NCBI GenBank assembly: GCA_963663895.2
Contig: CAXXRD010000001.1
Span: forward strand, 320,001 to 384,000
Length of the DNA stretch: 64,000 nt
Direction of reading: 5' to 3'
Origin: Dehalococcoidia bacterium
Lineage (GTDB): Bacteria > Chloroflexota > Dehalococcoidia > Bin125
Part shown: positions 1 to 12,325 of the stretch, in pieces
Layout: each line of letters opens with the position of its first letter
Numbering within the stretch: position 1 is the stretch's first letter
Made by a program: the position numbers and the translations under genes
The notes under the pieces: generated by a model
The model's input: the letters and a program-made list of their open reading frames with translations, nothing else
The model's database searches: none
What the model was told of the DNA's origin: nothing

Positions 1-239
1 CGCAGGAGCGGCACGTAGGCCGGATCCTCGAAGTACGCCAGCCGGATCACGCGCGAATACCCATGCGAAGAGCCCAGCACATGCGGAATCGCGTATTGCT
101 CCAGCCCCAGCACCCGTCGCCCTCGACGCGCCAGTTCGTACACGGTCGCGCTGCCCATCCCGCCTACCCCCACCACGATCACGTCGTAGTGACCAGCGCC
201 TTCCAGACCGCCGTTTGCCGGAGCGACCGCTGCCTGCAT
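1..239 (-). CDS. solA: N-methyl-L-tryptophan/sarcosine oxidase family FAD oxidoreductase, 5' part (runs off window start)
   Basis: Manual translation: [79 protein letters not shown]; GxGxxG plus GSSHG..R.IR motif. Confidence 0.85.
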   Translation of the reverse strand, partial: MQAAVAPANGGLEGAGHYDVIVVGVGGMGSATVYELARRGRRVLGLEQYAIPHVLGSSHGYSRVIRLAYFEDPAYVPLL

Positions 240-297
240 ACGCGGATAGTAACCGCGTCTGCGAACCCACCGCCCGCCCCGATACGGAGAGAAGCTC

Positions 298-1308
298 TCA
301 GGCGGGATGGAGCCCCAGCTCGGCCGCCAGCAGCTCGTAGGACCGCAGCCGGGGCGCGAAGTCGTAGGTGATCGTAACGACGACGAACTCGTCGACCTCG
401 TAACTTGACGACAGCTCCGCCAATCGATCCACGACCTGCGCCGGCGTCCCGTAGATCGACGTACGCTTCAGATACTCCAGATAATCGCGCTCCCGCGCCG
501 TATAGTCGTACGACAGCGCCTCCTCCACCGACGGCAGCCCCGCCGTGTACATCCCTCGGTTGCTCTGGATCCGCCAACACCAGCGCGTCCACGCCAACCG
601 CTCCGCCTCTTCCGCCTCCTCTGCGCACAGCACGTGGACTCCCAAGCTCACCGCCGGCTCCTCGCGCGTCGGCGAGGGCTGGAACGCCTCCCGGTAGGCG
701 CGTACCACCCCCGCGCCTCCATCGGGACTGATGAAATGCGCAAAGGAGAATCCCCACCCGATCTGCGCCGCATAATGCGCGCTCACGTTCGCCGACCCCA
801 GCAGCCACAGCTCCGGGATCGAGGGACTCGCCGGCACCGCCTGTACCCCGCTATGCCGGTGATCAGCCGGGAACGTATCACACAAGAAGTCCTGGAGATC
901 CAAAAGCTGCTCCGGGAAATGCTCGATCCCCAGTGCTCCCGGCCCGTGTACCAGAGCGCGCGCCGTCCGCCCGTCCGACCCCGGCGCCCGGCCGATCCCC
1001 AGATCGATCCGGCCCGGGTGGAGCGTCTCAATCGTGCGGAAGGCCTCGGCCACTTTCAGCGGACTGTAATGCTGCAGCATGACTCCGCCAGACCCCACCC
1101 GAATGCGGGAGGTCCGCGCCGCCACCTGGGGAATGAGAATCTCCGGCGCCGCGCACGCCAGCGCGGCCAGATTGTGGTGCTCCGCCAACCAGTAGCGCGA
1201 GTACCCCAGGCGGTCCGCGGCCGCCGCCAGGCGGAACGTCTCCTCGATCGCCTCTTGCGGCGTCCCTCCTTGTCGCACCGGGATCTGGTCCAGCACCCCG
1301 AGTTTCAC
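298..1308 (-). CDS. LLM-class flavin-dependent oxidoreductase (luciferase-like, YhbW/MsnO8 type)
   Basis: [38 protein letters not shown] motifs. Confidence 0.92.
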   Translation of the reverse strand: MKLGVLDQIPVRQGGTPQEAIEETFRLAAAADRLGYSRYWLAEHHNLAALACAAPEILIPQVAARTSRIRVGSGGVMLQHYSPLKVAEAFRTIETLHPGRIDLGIGRAPGSDGRTARALVHGPGALGIEHFPEQLLDLQDFLCDTFPADHRHSGVQAVPASPSIPELWLLGSANVSAHYAAQIGWGFSFAHFISPDGGAGVVRAYREAFQPSPTREEPAVSLGVHVLCAEEAEEAERLAWTRWCWRIQSNRGMYTAGLPSVEEALSYDYTARERDYLEYLKRTSIYGTPAQVVDRLAELSSSYEVDEFVVVTITYDFAPRLRSYELLAAELGLHPA

Positions 1309-1431
1309 GTACTCGTGCCTCCCGCAGCGGCGCGCAGCCTAGGCACTCCCGCGCCCCGCCGCCAGCGTCCGCCCTTTGCTAGCCTGCCCGCATCTCGAAT
1401 CAACGCACGCCGCAACCGATGGAGGATTCCC

Positions 1432-2211
1432 ATGGCCACCACGCTCGACGACTACGCGAACAAGTACCAGCACATCAAGTTCGAGCGCCGCGACGGCATC
1501 CTCCAAGTCACCTTCCACACGAACGACGGTCCCTTTCAGTGGGGTCTCGTGCCCCATCGTGAGTGCGCCGAAGCCTTCCGCGACATCGCCACCGACCGGG
1601 GCAACAAAGCCGTCATCCTCACTGGGACCGGCGACAGTTTCTCCGGCCCCAAGGGCAACCCCGGCACCCGCCCCAACGTCGAAGCCGCCGAGTGGGACGT
1701 CATCCACTGGGAAGGCCGCGAGCTCCTCTGGAACGAGCTCAGCATCGAGGTTCCCATGATCGCCGCCATCAATGGGCCCGCTTTCCGCCACCCCGAGATC
1801 CCGCTCCTTTGTGACATCGTCCTCGCTGCTACCGACACCAAAGTCCAAGACTCGGGCCACTTCATCAACGGCATGGTCCCCGGCGACGGCGTCCACATCG
1901 TCTTCCCGCTGCTCATGGGCTGGAACCGCGGCCGGTACTTCCTCATCACCGGGCAGGAACTCTCCGTACAAGAAGCGAAGGAAGCCGGCCTCGTCAACGA
2001 GATCCTGCCCCGCGACCAACTCCTGCCCCGCGCCTGGGAGCTCGCCTCCCAAATCGTCACCCAACCACCCCTCACCATTCGCTACGGCCGCCTCCTCGTC
2101 ACCCATTACCTCAAGAGCATGATGCACGACATCCTCGGCTACGGCCTCGCCCTCGAAGGCCTCAGCCTCCTCGACACGCCACGCGACCAGGGTTACAAAA
2201 TGCCCGACTAG
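1432..2211 (+). CDS. Enoyl-CoA hydratase/isomerase family, 6-oxocamphor hydrolase-like
   Basis: GGAGG RBS at 1421; IAAINGP..H.E...CDIVLA, QDSGHF..GMVPGDGVH, GWNRGRYFLITG. Confidence 0.85.
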   Translation: MATTLDDYANKYQHIKFERRDGILQVTFHTNDGPFQWGLVPHRECAEAFRDIATDRGNKAVILTGTGDSFSGPKGNPGTRPNVEAAEWDVIHWEGRELLWNELSIEVPMIAAINGPAFRHPEIPLLCDIVLAATDTKVQDSGHFINGMVPGDGVHIVFPLLMGWNRGRYFLITGQELSVQEAKEAGLVNEILPRDQLLPRAWELASQIVTQPPLTIRYGRLLVTHYLKSMMHDILGYGLALEGLSLLDTPRDQGYKMPD

Positions 2212-2218
2212 GGGATCC

Positions 2219-3256
2219 CTACGGCGCCACGCTGTTCCACTCTCCCGCAGCCGCGATCTCTCCACAGTGCGGCAGCACCTCCGTGCCGAACCACTCCACC
2301 TGCTCCTGCAGCTCCCCCACCGTCCCCGAGGGGGCGTCGAAGATCAGGTTCACCAGCGAATAGCCCGCCGCCGCGAACCCTGCCAGATCGGACAGCACCT
2401 GTGCGGGCGTCCCCGTGCAGTGCGGCCGCACCTTCTTTGCCGCCAGCGGGTGATCGGCGGCCGTCAGGTAGGCCGACGTGACCGTCCACATGTAGAAGCG
2501 GGAGAGGTCCCGGCCCAGCCGCTCCCCCTCCTCCCGGACCGCCTCCTGCGTCGCGTCGAACATCCGCACATCGTCGTAGGGCGCCTGGATCGCCGTGTAC
2601 AGCCCATCGCAGCACTGCACCGCCCGCCGCCCGCCCGCCGGCGTGAGCGCCCCCATCAAGATCGGCGGGCGCGGCTGCCGGACTGGCTTCGGATCCATCG
2701 ACAGCTGGGCAAAGTCGTAATAGCGCCCGTGATACGCAACGTCGTCTTGCGACCACGCCGCCTTGTACACCTCAATGCACTCCAACATCATCGGCACCCG
2801 CTCCGCGAAGGGCACGCCCAGGGCCGCGAATTCCTCCGCGTTCCATCCCGGCCCCACTCCCACCAGCAGCCGCCCGTTCGACAGCACGTCCACGGACGCC
2901 AACTGACGCGCATCGTGCAAGGGATGCCGGTAGGGCGCGATCAGCACTCCCGGCGCCAGCCGGATCCGGCTCGTCTTGGCCGCCACCGCTCCCATCGTCA
3001 CGAGGCCATCCAAAATGTTCACGTCGATCGGGTACGCCCGCCGCGCCGTCGCATCGGGGTTGGTGGGGTGCGCCCCCACCGTCGTCTTCGGCATCGTCAC
3101 GTGATCCCCAAACCACACCGAGTGGTAGCCCAACCGATCCGCCTGCTGCGCCACCTCCACCGGCCGCATCTCCCGCGCCGGCACGTCCTGCCAGAACCAC
3201 GCCTCCTCGTCGCGCAGCCCCACTCCGTGCGTCGGCATGTAGATCCCGATCTGCAT
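2219..3256 (-). CDS. LLM-class F420-dependent oxidoreductase (TIGR03619-like)
   Basis: SVWFGDHV, PYRHPL..A...DVLSNGRL.VGVG.GW..EEF, PKPVRQPRPPI. Confidence 0.9.
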   Translation of the reverse strand: MQIGIYMPTHGVGLRDEEAWFWQDVPAREMRPVEVAQQADRLGYHSVWFGDHVTMPKTTVGAHPTNPDATARRAYPIDVNILDGLVTMGAVAAKTSRIRLAPGVLIAPYRHPLHDARQLASVDVLSNGRLLVGVGPGWNAEEFAALGVPFAERVPMMLECIEVYKAAWSQDDVAYHGRYYDFAQLSMDPKPVRQPRPPILMGALTPAGGRRAVQCCDGLYTAIQAPYDDVRMFDATQEAVREEGERLGRDLSRFYMWTVTSAYLTAADHPLAAKKVRPHCTGTPAQVLSDLAGFAAAGYSLVNLIFDAPSGTVGELQEQVEWFGTEVLPHCGEIAAAGEWNSVAP

Positions 3257-3291
3257 CAGGCGGCCGCCTCCGCGATCATCTGCCGCACGTT

Positions 3292-4545
3292 CTAAGCACC
3301 GGCATCCTGGCTGGCTGCGGCCTTCACTTCCGGGATGATGTTCGTATCCAGTTGGTACACGATGCCGTGCATGGTGCGGTGCGGATGGTTGGCGGCGAAC
3401 CCTTTGGCGGCTGCCATCCGGCCCTGCTGTTGGTACCGCTCGGTCAGTTCCTGGCGCTCCTCGTCCGTCCAGCGGCTGCCGAAGTGGGTCCCGGCCTCCG
3501 TCGACTTTCCGCGCCCCGCCAGACGTTTGCGGTCCGACAGCGCCTGCCCGGTCAACTTCCCCTCCGTGGGCGGAGGAACCTTTACGGGGGCGACCTTCTG
3601 GTCCTCGGGGACCTTGGCCTTTGTGGTAGTGGCCCGCCCCTTCGTGGCGGTCCGCCGCGTCGTGCTGTTCTGCTTCCGGCTGGTCATTTTTAAGAAGGCC
3701 GGAACCTCGTAACCGATCATGAACATCGCGGACTGAAGAGCGCGCTGGGGTTCCCGCTCATCGGAGAAGGGCGGTTGCGCAGAGAGGGCGTCCAGCAGCC
3801 ACGCGGCCATGACGTTCGATTGGGCGTAGCCATGAGAATTCCCATCGATCTTTGGGAAGTCGAGCTGCCCGCAGGATGGATTGCGATTCTGGCCTCCGCG
3901 GCCCCGGATGGTGCCGAACGCGAGCAGCGACGGGACTTCCTCGCGCTCGTGTCCGGTCTCCTCGCAGAACAGACGGACGAGCGAGGCGAGCGCGCAGGCG
4001 ACGCGGCTGTCGTAGATTGGGAAGCCGTCGGCCAGCAGCGAGTAGATCTTGCTGAACCCCGAGTTCATCGGCCGGACACCGGAGAGACCGCACAGGTCAG
4101 CCGCATCCGGATCGAGCAGCCGGGCGTTGGTGGTGATCAGGGGCAAGGCCTCATCCCCGAGGGTGCGGAGCTTATCCCTATTCTGCTTGACACCTGCCCT
4201 CCCCCAGCGGACGACCGCGATGGCCGCTTTAAGGAAACGGGTCGCATCGCCACTATCGGCGCTCCGCCGAAGCTGCTGCGAGAGCTCGTCGAGAACCCAA
4301 ACCGTGTCCGCGTAGCACCGGCCACGGCACTCGCCACGGCCCGGCACGTCGACTTTGAACCGCCACTCGTACTCGCTGAACGCATCGAACAGCTTTTCGT
4401 AGCTCCACGGACCCCACTTTCGACCGTCCCAGCGACGCGGGATGTACCAGTGATGTGGGAGAGAGCGCTTGCCTGTAGCCAGCGGCGCCGCCCAGTCGAG
4501 GAAGTCGCAAACGTGGGGATCGTCCAGGTACGCGGCTCGCTTCAT
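3292..4545 (-). CDS. Hypothetical protein: HhH/OGG-like DNA-glycosylase-like domain plus basic linker and Myb/HTH-like tail
   Basis: 417-aa ORF from ATG 4545; VVRWG, SGFSKIYSLL..FPIYDSRV..AL, MFMIGY; tail RWTDEERQEL; lacks the local C skew. Fold call is by motif resemblance only. Confidence 0.55.
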   Translation of the reverse strand: MKRAAYLDDPHVCDFLDWAAPLATGKRSLPHHWYIPRRWDGRKWGPWSYEKLFDAFSEYEWRFKVDVPGRGECRGRCYADTVWVLDELSQQLRRSADSGDATRFLKAAIAVVRWGRAGVKQNRDKLRTLGDEALPLITTNARLLDPDAADLCGLSGVRPMNSGFSKIYSLLADGFPIYDSRVACALASLVRLFCEETGHEREEVPSLLAFGTIRGRGGQNRNPSCGQLDFPKIDGNSHGYAQSNVMAAWLLDALSAQPPFSDEREPQRALQSAMFMIGYEVPAFLKMTSRKQNSTTRRTATKGRATTTKAKVPEDQKVAPVKVPPPTEGKLTGQALSDRKRLAGRGKSTEAGTHFGSRWTDEERQELTERYQQQGRMAAAKGFAANHPHRTMHGIVYQLDTNIIPEVKAAASQDAGA

Positions 4546-4552
4546 CGCCGGC

Positions 4553-4558
4553 AGTATA
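4553..4558 (-). promoter_or_regulatory. -10 hexamer TATACT, probable leaderless promoter
   Basis: TATACT 7 nt upstream of ATG 4545; no SD sequence. Confidence 0.5.
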
Positions 4559-4872
4559 GGCCCCAGGGAGAGCCGTCCCTGCCCCGGCCTGCGACCCAGT
4601 GAGGGAACGGATGAGGGGAATGCGCTGCCGGAGGCGCTCGCCGCAGCGCGCGGTGTACCCACCAGGGGGCAGGGTAAGAGCAGCTTGGCGAGGCTAGCGT
4701 GGCGCAGCTTGCCGTCGTCCGCACGGCCCGGCTCAACCTGCGCCAGTAGAACGGACGCCTAAGTCACCGTCCAGACCAGCGATGCCATCCCCCGACCTGC
4801 TAGATTCCTGTGCGAGCTTCGCGTCCGGAAAGTGCGCAGGCAGACGCGGGCCGCACCATCGAAAGGAAAGGC

Positions 4873-5700
4873 ATGGCCGTCGCCCACCGACTCAAAGACA
4901 AGGTCGCCGTCGTTACCGGCGCCGCCAGCGGCCTCGGCAAAGCCACCGCCATCCGCTTCGCCGAAGAAGGCGCCGACATCGCCGTCGCCGACATCAACGC
5001 AGAGCGCGCCGCCGAAACCGTCCGCGCCGTCGAAGCGCTCGGGCGTCGCGCCTTCTACCAAGAGACCGACACCGCGCAAGAAGACGCCTGCGAAGCCCTC
5101 GCTCAGACCACGGTCGATCGTTTCGGCCGGCTCGACATCGTCTTCACCGCCGCCGGTCTCGCCCACGCCCACTACGTCAGCCGCGAGGGACACGAAGAAG
5201 CTCCCATCCCCTGGCCCGAGGTCTGGGAGATGGGCTTCCTCGTCAACAAGCCCCTCAAGGATTGGGAGCGCGTTCTCAGCGTCAACCTCACCGGCGTCAT
5301 GCTCACCAGCCGCGCCTGCGCCCGGCGCATGATCGCGTGCGGCAACGGCGGCTCTATCGTGCACGTCTCCTCCGTCGGCGCCACCTTGCCGTTCAAAGGG
5401 ATCGCCGATTACGCCGTCAGCAAGGCCGGCGTCTGGATGCTGACGAAGGTCCTCGCCCAAGAGCTCGCCCAGCACGAGATCCGCGTCAACGCAGTCGGTC
5501 CGGGCTTTATCGAAACCCCCATGAACGCCGCCGTTCGCTCCTCCGAGGTCGGCGCCAACTGGATGCTCGACATGATGGCGATCCGGCGCTTTGGGCAGCC
5601 CGCCGACATCGCCAACGCCGCCCTCTTCCTCGCCAGCGACGAATCGGCCTATGTCACCGGCGAGATCCTCTACGTCGACGCCGGCATCTTCACCGGTTGA
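4873..5700 (+). CDS. Short-chain dehydrogenase/reductase (SDR)
   Basis: TGAASGLG, YAVSK catalytic motif, IRVNAVGPG; AGGAAAGG RBS. Confidence 0.93.
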   Translation: MAVAHRLKDKVAVVTGAASGLGKATAIRFAEEGADIAVADINAERAAETVRAVEALGRRAFYQETDTAQEDACEALAQTTVDRFGRLDIVFTAAGLAHAHYVSREGHEEAPIPWPEVWEMGFLVNKPLKDWERVLSVNLTGVMLTSRACARRMIACGNGGSIVHVSSVGATLPFKGIADYAVSKAGVWMLTKVLAQELAQHEIRVNAVGPGFIETPMNAAVRSSEVGANWMLDMMAIRRFGQPADIANAALFLASDESAYVTGEILYVDAGIFTG

Positions 5701-5710
5701 GGCCCGCCCC

Positions 5711-6919
5711 ATGACCACCACTCCCCCCATCCAGGGCGTCACCGACCAACGCTTCGCCGCCGTCCGCGACGCCTTCGCCCACAACTTCACCGCCCTCCCG
5801 GAAGTCGGCGCCGCCCTCGCCGTCACCGTTGATGGCGCCCCCGTCGTCGACCTCTGGGGCGGTTACCTCGCTCCCGGCCAGCCCGCCCCTTGGCAGCGCG
5901 ACACCCTCGTCAACCTCTACTCCACGAGCAAGGGGATCGGCGCTCTCTGCGCCCACATCCTCGTCGAACGCGGCCAGCTCGATCTCGACGCGCCCGTTGC
6001 CTCTTATTGGCCGGAGTTCGCCCAGCAGGGCAAGGGCACGATCCCCGTGCGCTGGCTGCTCAGCCACCGCGCCGGTCTCCCCGCCGTCGAGTCCGACCTT
6101 CCCCGCGAAGCCGCGTACGACTGGCACACTATGACCACCGCCCTTGCTGCCCAAAAGCCCTGGTGGGAGCCCGGCACGGCTCACGGCTACCACGCCCTCA
6201 CCTACAGCTGGCTCATCGGTGAGGTCGTGAAGCGCGTCGCCGGCAAGAGCATCGGCGCCTTCTTCCGTGATGAAGTCGCGCAACCCCTGGCCCTAGACGC
6301 CCACATCGGGCTCGGCCCCGCCTTCGACTCCCGAATCGCCGACATCATCCCCGCGCCTCCACCCTCGCCCGGCGAGTTCGACCGCCTCGCCGCAGTCTTC
6401 GAAGACTCCACCTCCATGCCCTACAAAGCCTTCAATAATCCGCCCCTCAGCCGGCGCGCCGCCAACACCCGGGAGTGGCGCGCCGCCGAACTCGTCGCCG
6501 CCAACGCCCACGCCAACGCTTGGTCGCTCGCCCGCATGTACGCAGTCCTCGCCAACGGCGGCGCACTTCCCGCCAGCGAGGAGCACTCAGCCGTCCGTCT
6601 CCTCAGCGCAGCCGCCATTGATGCCGCGCGCGCCGAACAATCCCGCGGGGACGACATGGTCCTCCATCTTGAAAGCCGCTTCGGCCTTGGCTTCATGCTG
6701 CCCGCCGGTATGCGCTATTTCTCCGACAACCCCCGTGCCTTCGGGCACTCCGGCATGGGCGGCTCCCTCGCCTTCGCGGACCCCGAAGCCCGTCTCAGCG
6801 TCGCCTACGTCATGAACCAGTTGCTCACCGGCGTCGACGGCGGCGACCGTCGTTGGTGGGGCCTCCTCAGCGCGATCTACGAGGCCCTCGGCTCCACCTT
6901 CACGCCCCCCGCCGCTTGA
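5711..6919 (+). CDS. Serine hydrolase, beta-lactamase class C/EstB esterase family
   Basis: YSTSK (SxxK), LLSHRAGL, GYHALTY, FGHSGMGG. Confidence 0.9.
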   Translation: MTTTPPIQGVTDQRFAAVRDAFAHNFTALPEVGAALAVTVDGAPVVDLWGGYLAPGQPAPWQRDTLVNLYSTSKGIGALCAHILVERGQLDLDAPVASYWPEFAQQGKGTIPVRWLLSHRAGLPAVESDLPREAAYDWHTMTTALAAQKPWWEPGTAHGYHALTYSWLIGEVVKRVAGKSIGAFFRDEVAQPLALDAHIGLGPAFDSRIADIIPAPPPSPGEFDRLAAVFEDSTSMPYKAFNNPPLSRRAANTREWRAAELVAANAHANAWSLARMYAVLANGGALPASEEHSAVRLLSAAAIDAARAEQSRGDDMVLHLESRFGLGFMLPAGMRYFSDNPRAFGHSGMGGSLAFADPEARLSVAYVMNQLLTGVDGGDRRWWGLLSAIYEALGSTFTPPAA

Positions 6920-6971
6920 GGCCACCACAGCACCCCCGTATCATCGCTGCACGATCAGGGAAGGAGCGCCC

Positions 6972-7550
6972 ATGCGCGGAATGCTCAAATCGCTCGGCCG
7001 CGGCGCCGTCGTCTTCGGGCGCAAGCCCGTCACCATCCATTACCCCGACGAAAAGCGCCGTCTCCCCACCCGGGCCCGCACCTTCCCCTACCTGATCTGG
7101 AACCACGACCTCGACGAGCCCAACTGCACCGGCTGCGGCAAGTGCGCCAAGGCCTGTCCCGTCGACTGCATGACCACCACCCTCAAGAAAAACTCCGCGT
7201 TCGCCGACGGCCGCAGCAACCACAAATCCGTCATCGACGACTTCTACATCGACTTCGGCCGCTGCATGCGTTGCAACATCTGCGTCGAGGTCTGCCCCTT
7301 TGACGCCATCGCCATGCTCCCCATCTGGGAGGGCCACGAGCAATCCAAGTTCGACCGCCGCGAACTCGTCATGGATTTGGACGATCTCCTCGCGCCCTCC
7401 CGTGCCGAACCCGACATGCCCTTCTGGATTCCAGAAACCGTGCTCCAGCTCACCCAAAAGGAGCGCACTGGCCGCGCCGATTTCACCAAGCAACTCAAGG
7501 CAACGACGGCGACCGACGCTCCCACCGAGGTCGGCGCCGGCACCGGCTAA
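6972..7550 (+). CDS. nuoI: NuoI-like 2x[4Fe-4S] ferredoxin subunit
   Basis: TIHYPDEK, CTGCGKCAKACP, IDFGRCMRCNICVEVCPFDAI; AAGGAG RBS. Confidence 0.8.
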   Translation: MRGMLKSLGRGAVVFGRKPVTIHYPDEKRRLPTRARTFPYLIWNHDLDEPNCTGCGKCAKACPVDCMTTTLKKNSAFADGRSNHKSVIDDFYIDFGRCMRCNICVEVCPFDAIAMLPIWEGHEQSKFDRRELVMDLDDLLAPSRAEPDMPFWIPETVLQLTQKERTGRADFTKQLKATTATDAPTEVGAGTG

Positions 7551-7605
7551 CCTTCCACACGATCACCTACCACTCGACACCCGCCTGCGATCGGACCGAA
7601 CGGGA

Positions 7606-8502
7606 ATAGCCATCTCACACTGCCCGATCTGCGATCGCGATCAGCGCCCGGACGCCCGCTTCTGCGACTCCTGCGGCGCCCGCCGCCCCCGCACGAGGGA
7701 CTCCAGCCTGCAAGGCGACTGCACCGTAGTCCTCACCTTCGACCTCGACGGTCCCTCGGCCACCATCAGCCAGAATCCCAAGGTCGAACGGCGTCCTTCC
7801 ACGCTCTCGCTAGGAGAGTACGGTCCTGCCGTCGCCACGCCCCTAATCCTCGACCTGCTCGCCGCGCATGACATCCCCGCCTCCTTCTACATCCCCGGCT
7901 GGGTCGCAGAACGCCATCCCGCCCTCGTCCGCCGTATCGCGGACGCCGGCCACGAAATCGGCCATCACGGCTACCTCCACGAGCCTCCTGCCTCCCTCTC
8001 CCCGGATGAAGAAGCCGCCGTCCTCGACAAAGCCACCGCCATCCTCCGGCCCTTCGCCGGCGCAACTCTCCGAGGCTACCGCTCCCCAGCCTGGGAACTC
8101 AGCGAGCATTCCCTGGCCCTTCTCCGCGACCGCAACTTCCTCTACGACTCCAGCCTCATGGGCGACGACCGCCCCTACGCCCTCGGCAACGGGCTCGTCG
8201 AAATCCCCGTCCATTGGGCCCTAGACGACTATCCCTACTTCAACTTCAGCGCCCTCGACACCAGCCGCCTCCCCGCCTCCCCCGCACACGTCCTCGACAC
8301 CTGGGCCGCCGCCTTCGAAGAGCTCCACGCACGCCGCGCCCTCTTCGTCCTCACCACCCACCCCTCCATCATCGGTCGCCCCGGGCGCCTCCGCCTGATC
8401 GAGCGCCTCATCCAGTACATCCGCACCTTCCCCAATGTGCGCTTCACCCGCGCGATCGACGTCGCCCAGCAGTTCGCCCGCTCACAGCCCCCCAACGGCT
8501 AA
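7606..8502 (+). CDS. Polysaccharide deacetylase family (PuuE/allantoinase-like) with N-terminal zinc ribbon; start uncertain
   Basis: LTFDLDG, HEIGHHGYLH, GYRSPAW, YDSSLMGDD, LDDYPYF; CPIC..FCDSCG at the N-terminus; no ATG/GTG/TTG start available. Confidence 0.8.
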   Translation: MAISHCPICDRDQRPDARFCDSCGARRPRTRDSSLQGDCTVVLTFDLDGPSATISQNPKVERRPSTLSLGEYGPAVATPLILDLLAAHDIPASFYIPGWVAERHPALVRRIADAGHEIGHHGYLHEPPASLSPDEEAAVLDKATAILRPFAGATLRGYRSPAWELSEHSLALLRDRNFLYDSSLMGDDRPYALGNGLVEIPVHWALDDYPYFNFSALDTSRLPASPAHVLDTWAAAFEELHARRALFVLTTHPSIIGRPGRLRLIERLIQYIRTFPNVRFTRAIDVAQQFARSQPPNG

Positions 8503-8695
8503 CCGCCCCCGCCCTGCTCCACGATAACCGCGTTCGCGCCAGCACCGCGATCTCCGTAACCGGACGCTCACCATCAATGCCGCGCGCCGCCCGCGGTCGA
8601 CAGCGCGCGCAACGCGGCGCTATCGTACCGGCGCGCTGACCCGACCACCCAACTCCGCCTCCACGGCGTGACCCGCCTAAAACCGGGAGTCAGAC

Positions 8696-9460
8696 ATGCA
8701 AGAAACGATCCGATTCCTGCGCCACATCTGGGACGATACCGGCTGGCGAACCGCGATCATCGCCTCGTTCCTGACCTTCTTGCTCGAAACGTTCATGGTG
8801 GTCGGCGACGCCCCAGTCGGCACCAGCCTGATGTGGACCGCGATGCTCGTCTCGCTGATCCTGATCTCCCGCGGGCTCACGCTGCGGCCGCTGCGCGGCC
8901 AGCTGAGCGACGTGGAGAACATCAGTCTGCTGCTCGGCATCGCCGGATTGGTCACTGCCCAGGTGATCTACATCTACACCAGCGTCGGTCCGACCTTCAT
9001 CGATCAGCCGATCTTCTGGCCGTTCTCGCTCGTCTTCGCCTTGATCCAAGTCTGCTCGCGGCTCATCGCGCCGCATCTCCTCCGACCGCTCAACATCTGG
9101 TTGCTCGTCCTCATGTTCCTCTATTTCTGGATGACCGTCGGGACCTGGACAGCGGAGGCCGTGTTCCCAGAGCCGCCCTTCACCTGGAGCGTCGCGCTGA
9201 TCGCCTTTGCCTTTATCGGACGCTGGATCGCGGGCCGTGGCCTCGCCGGACCGATCACGAGTCCGCTCAACGTCGCCACCGGACTCTTCGTCGTGCTGAC
9301 CCTCTGGCTAGAGTTCGGGGCGCAGATCAGCGGCGTTGGCGCCGACCCGTGGGGGCTCCAGGAGCTCTACTGGCCCTGGCTGCTCATGACCGGCGGGCTG
9401 GCGCTCGGCTGCCGCATCGTCGCTCCCCACGTCTCCGCCCGGATCGGCGGCGCCGACTAA
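8696..9460 (+). CDS. Hypothetical polytopic membrane protein with internal two-fold repeat
   Basis: 254 aa, about 8 hydrophobic segments; GGGAG RBS; codon usage differs from neighbours. Confidence 0.75.
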   Translation: MQETIRFLRHIWDDTGWRTAIIASFLTFLLETFMVVGDAPVGTSLMWTAMLVSLILISRGLTLRPLRGQLSDVENISLLLGIAGLVTAQVIYIYTSVGPTFIDQPIFWPFSLVFALIQVCSRLIAPHLLRPLNIWLLVLMFLYFWMTVGTWTAEAVFPEPPFTWSVALIAFAFIGRWIAGRGLAGPITSPLNVATGLFVVLTLWLEFGAQISGVGADPWGLQELYWPWLLMTGGLALGCRIVAPHVSARIGGAD

Positions 9461-9480
9461 GCCCGACAGCGTTCCAGCAC

Positions 9481-9525
9481 CCCGTCCGCCGCCACGGCGC
9501 GGGATTCACCCGCGTCCGCGACGGG
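9481..9525. terminator. GC-rich hairpin between convergent genes, possible bidirectional terminator
   Basis: CCCGTC...GACGGG outer stem and CGCGGG-ATTCA-CCCGCG inner stem; no U-tract. Confidence 0.35.
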
Positions 9526-9541
9526 ATCGAGCAGCCCGCCG

Positions 9542-12271
<2,730 letters not shown>

Positions 12272-12325
12272 CCCCAAGCCTCGCCTGCCCAATCCTCATT
12301 CCCCAATCCTCAATCAAGGACGCCG

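Noticed and set aside
4746-4762. Possible third LexA box (AGAAC-GGAC-GCCTA) near the glycosylase-like insert
   Set aside because: The second half-site is poor and about 200 bp from the gene's -10 box.
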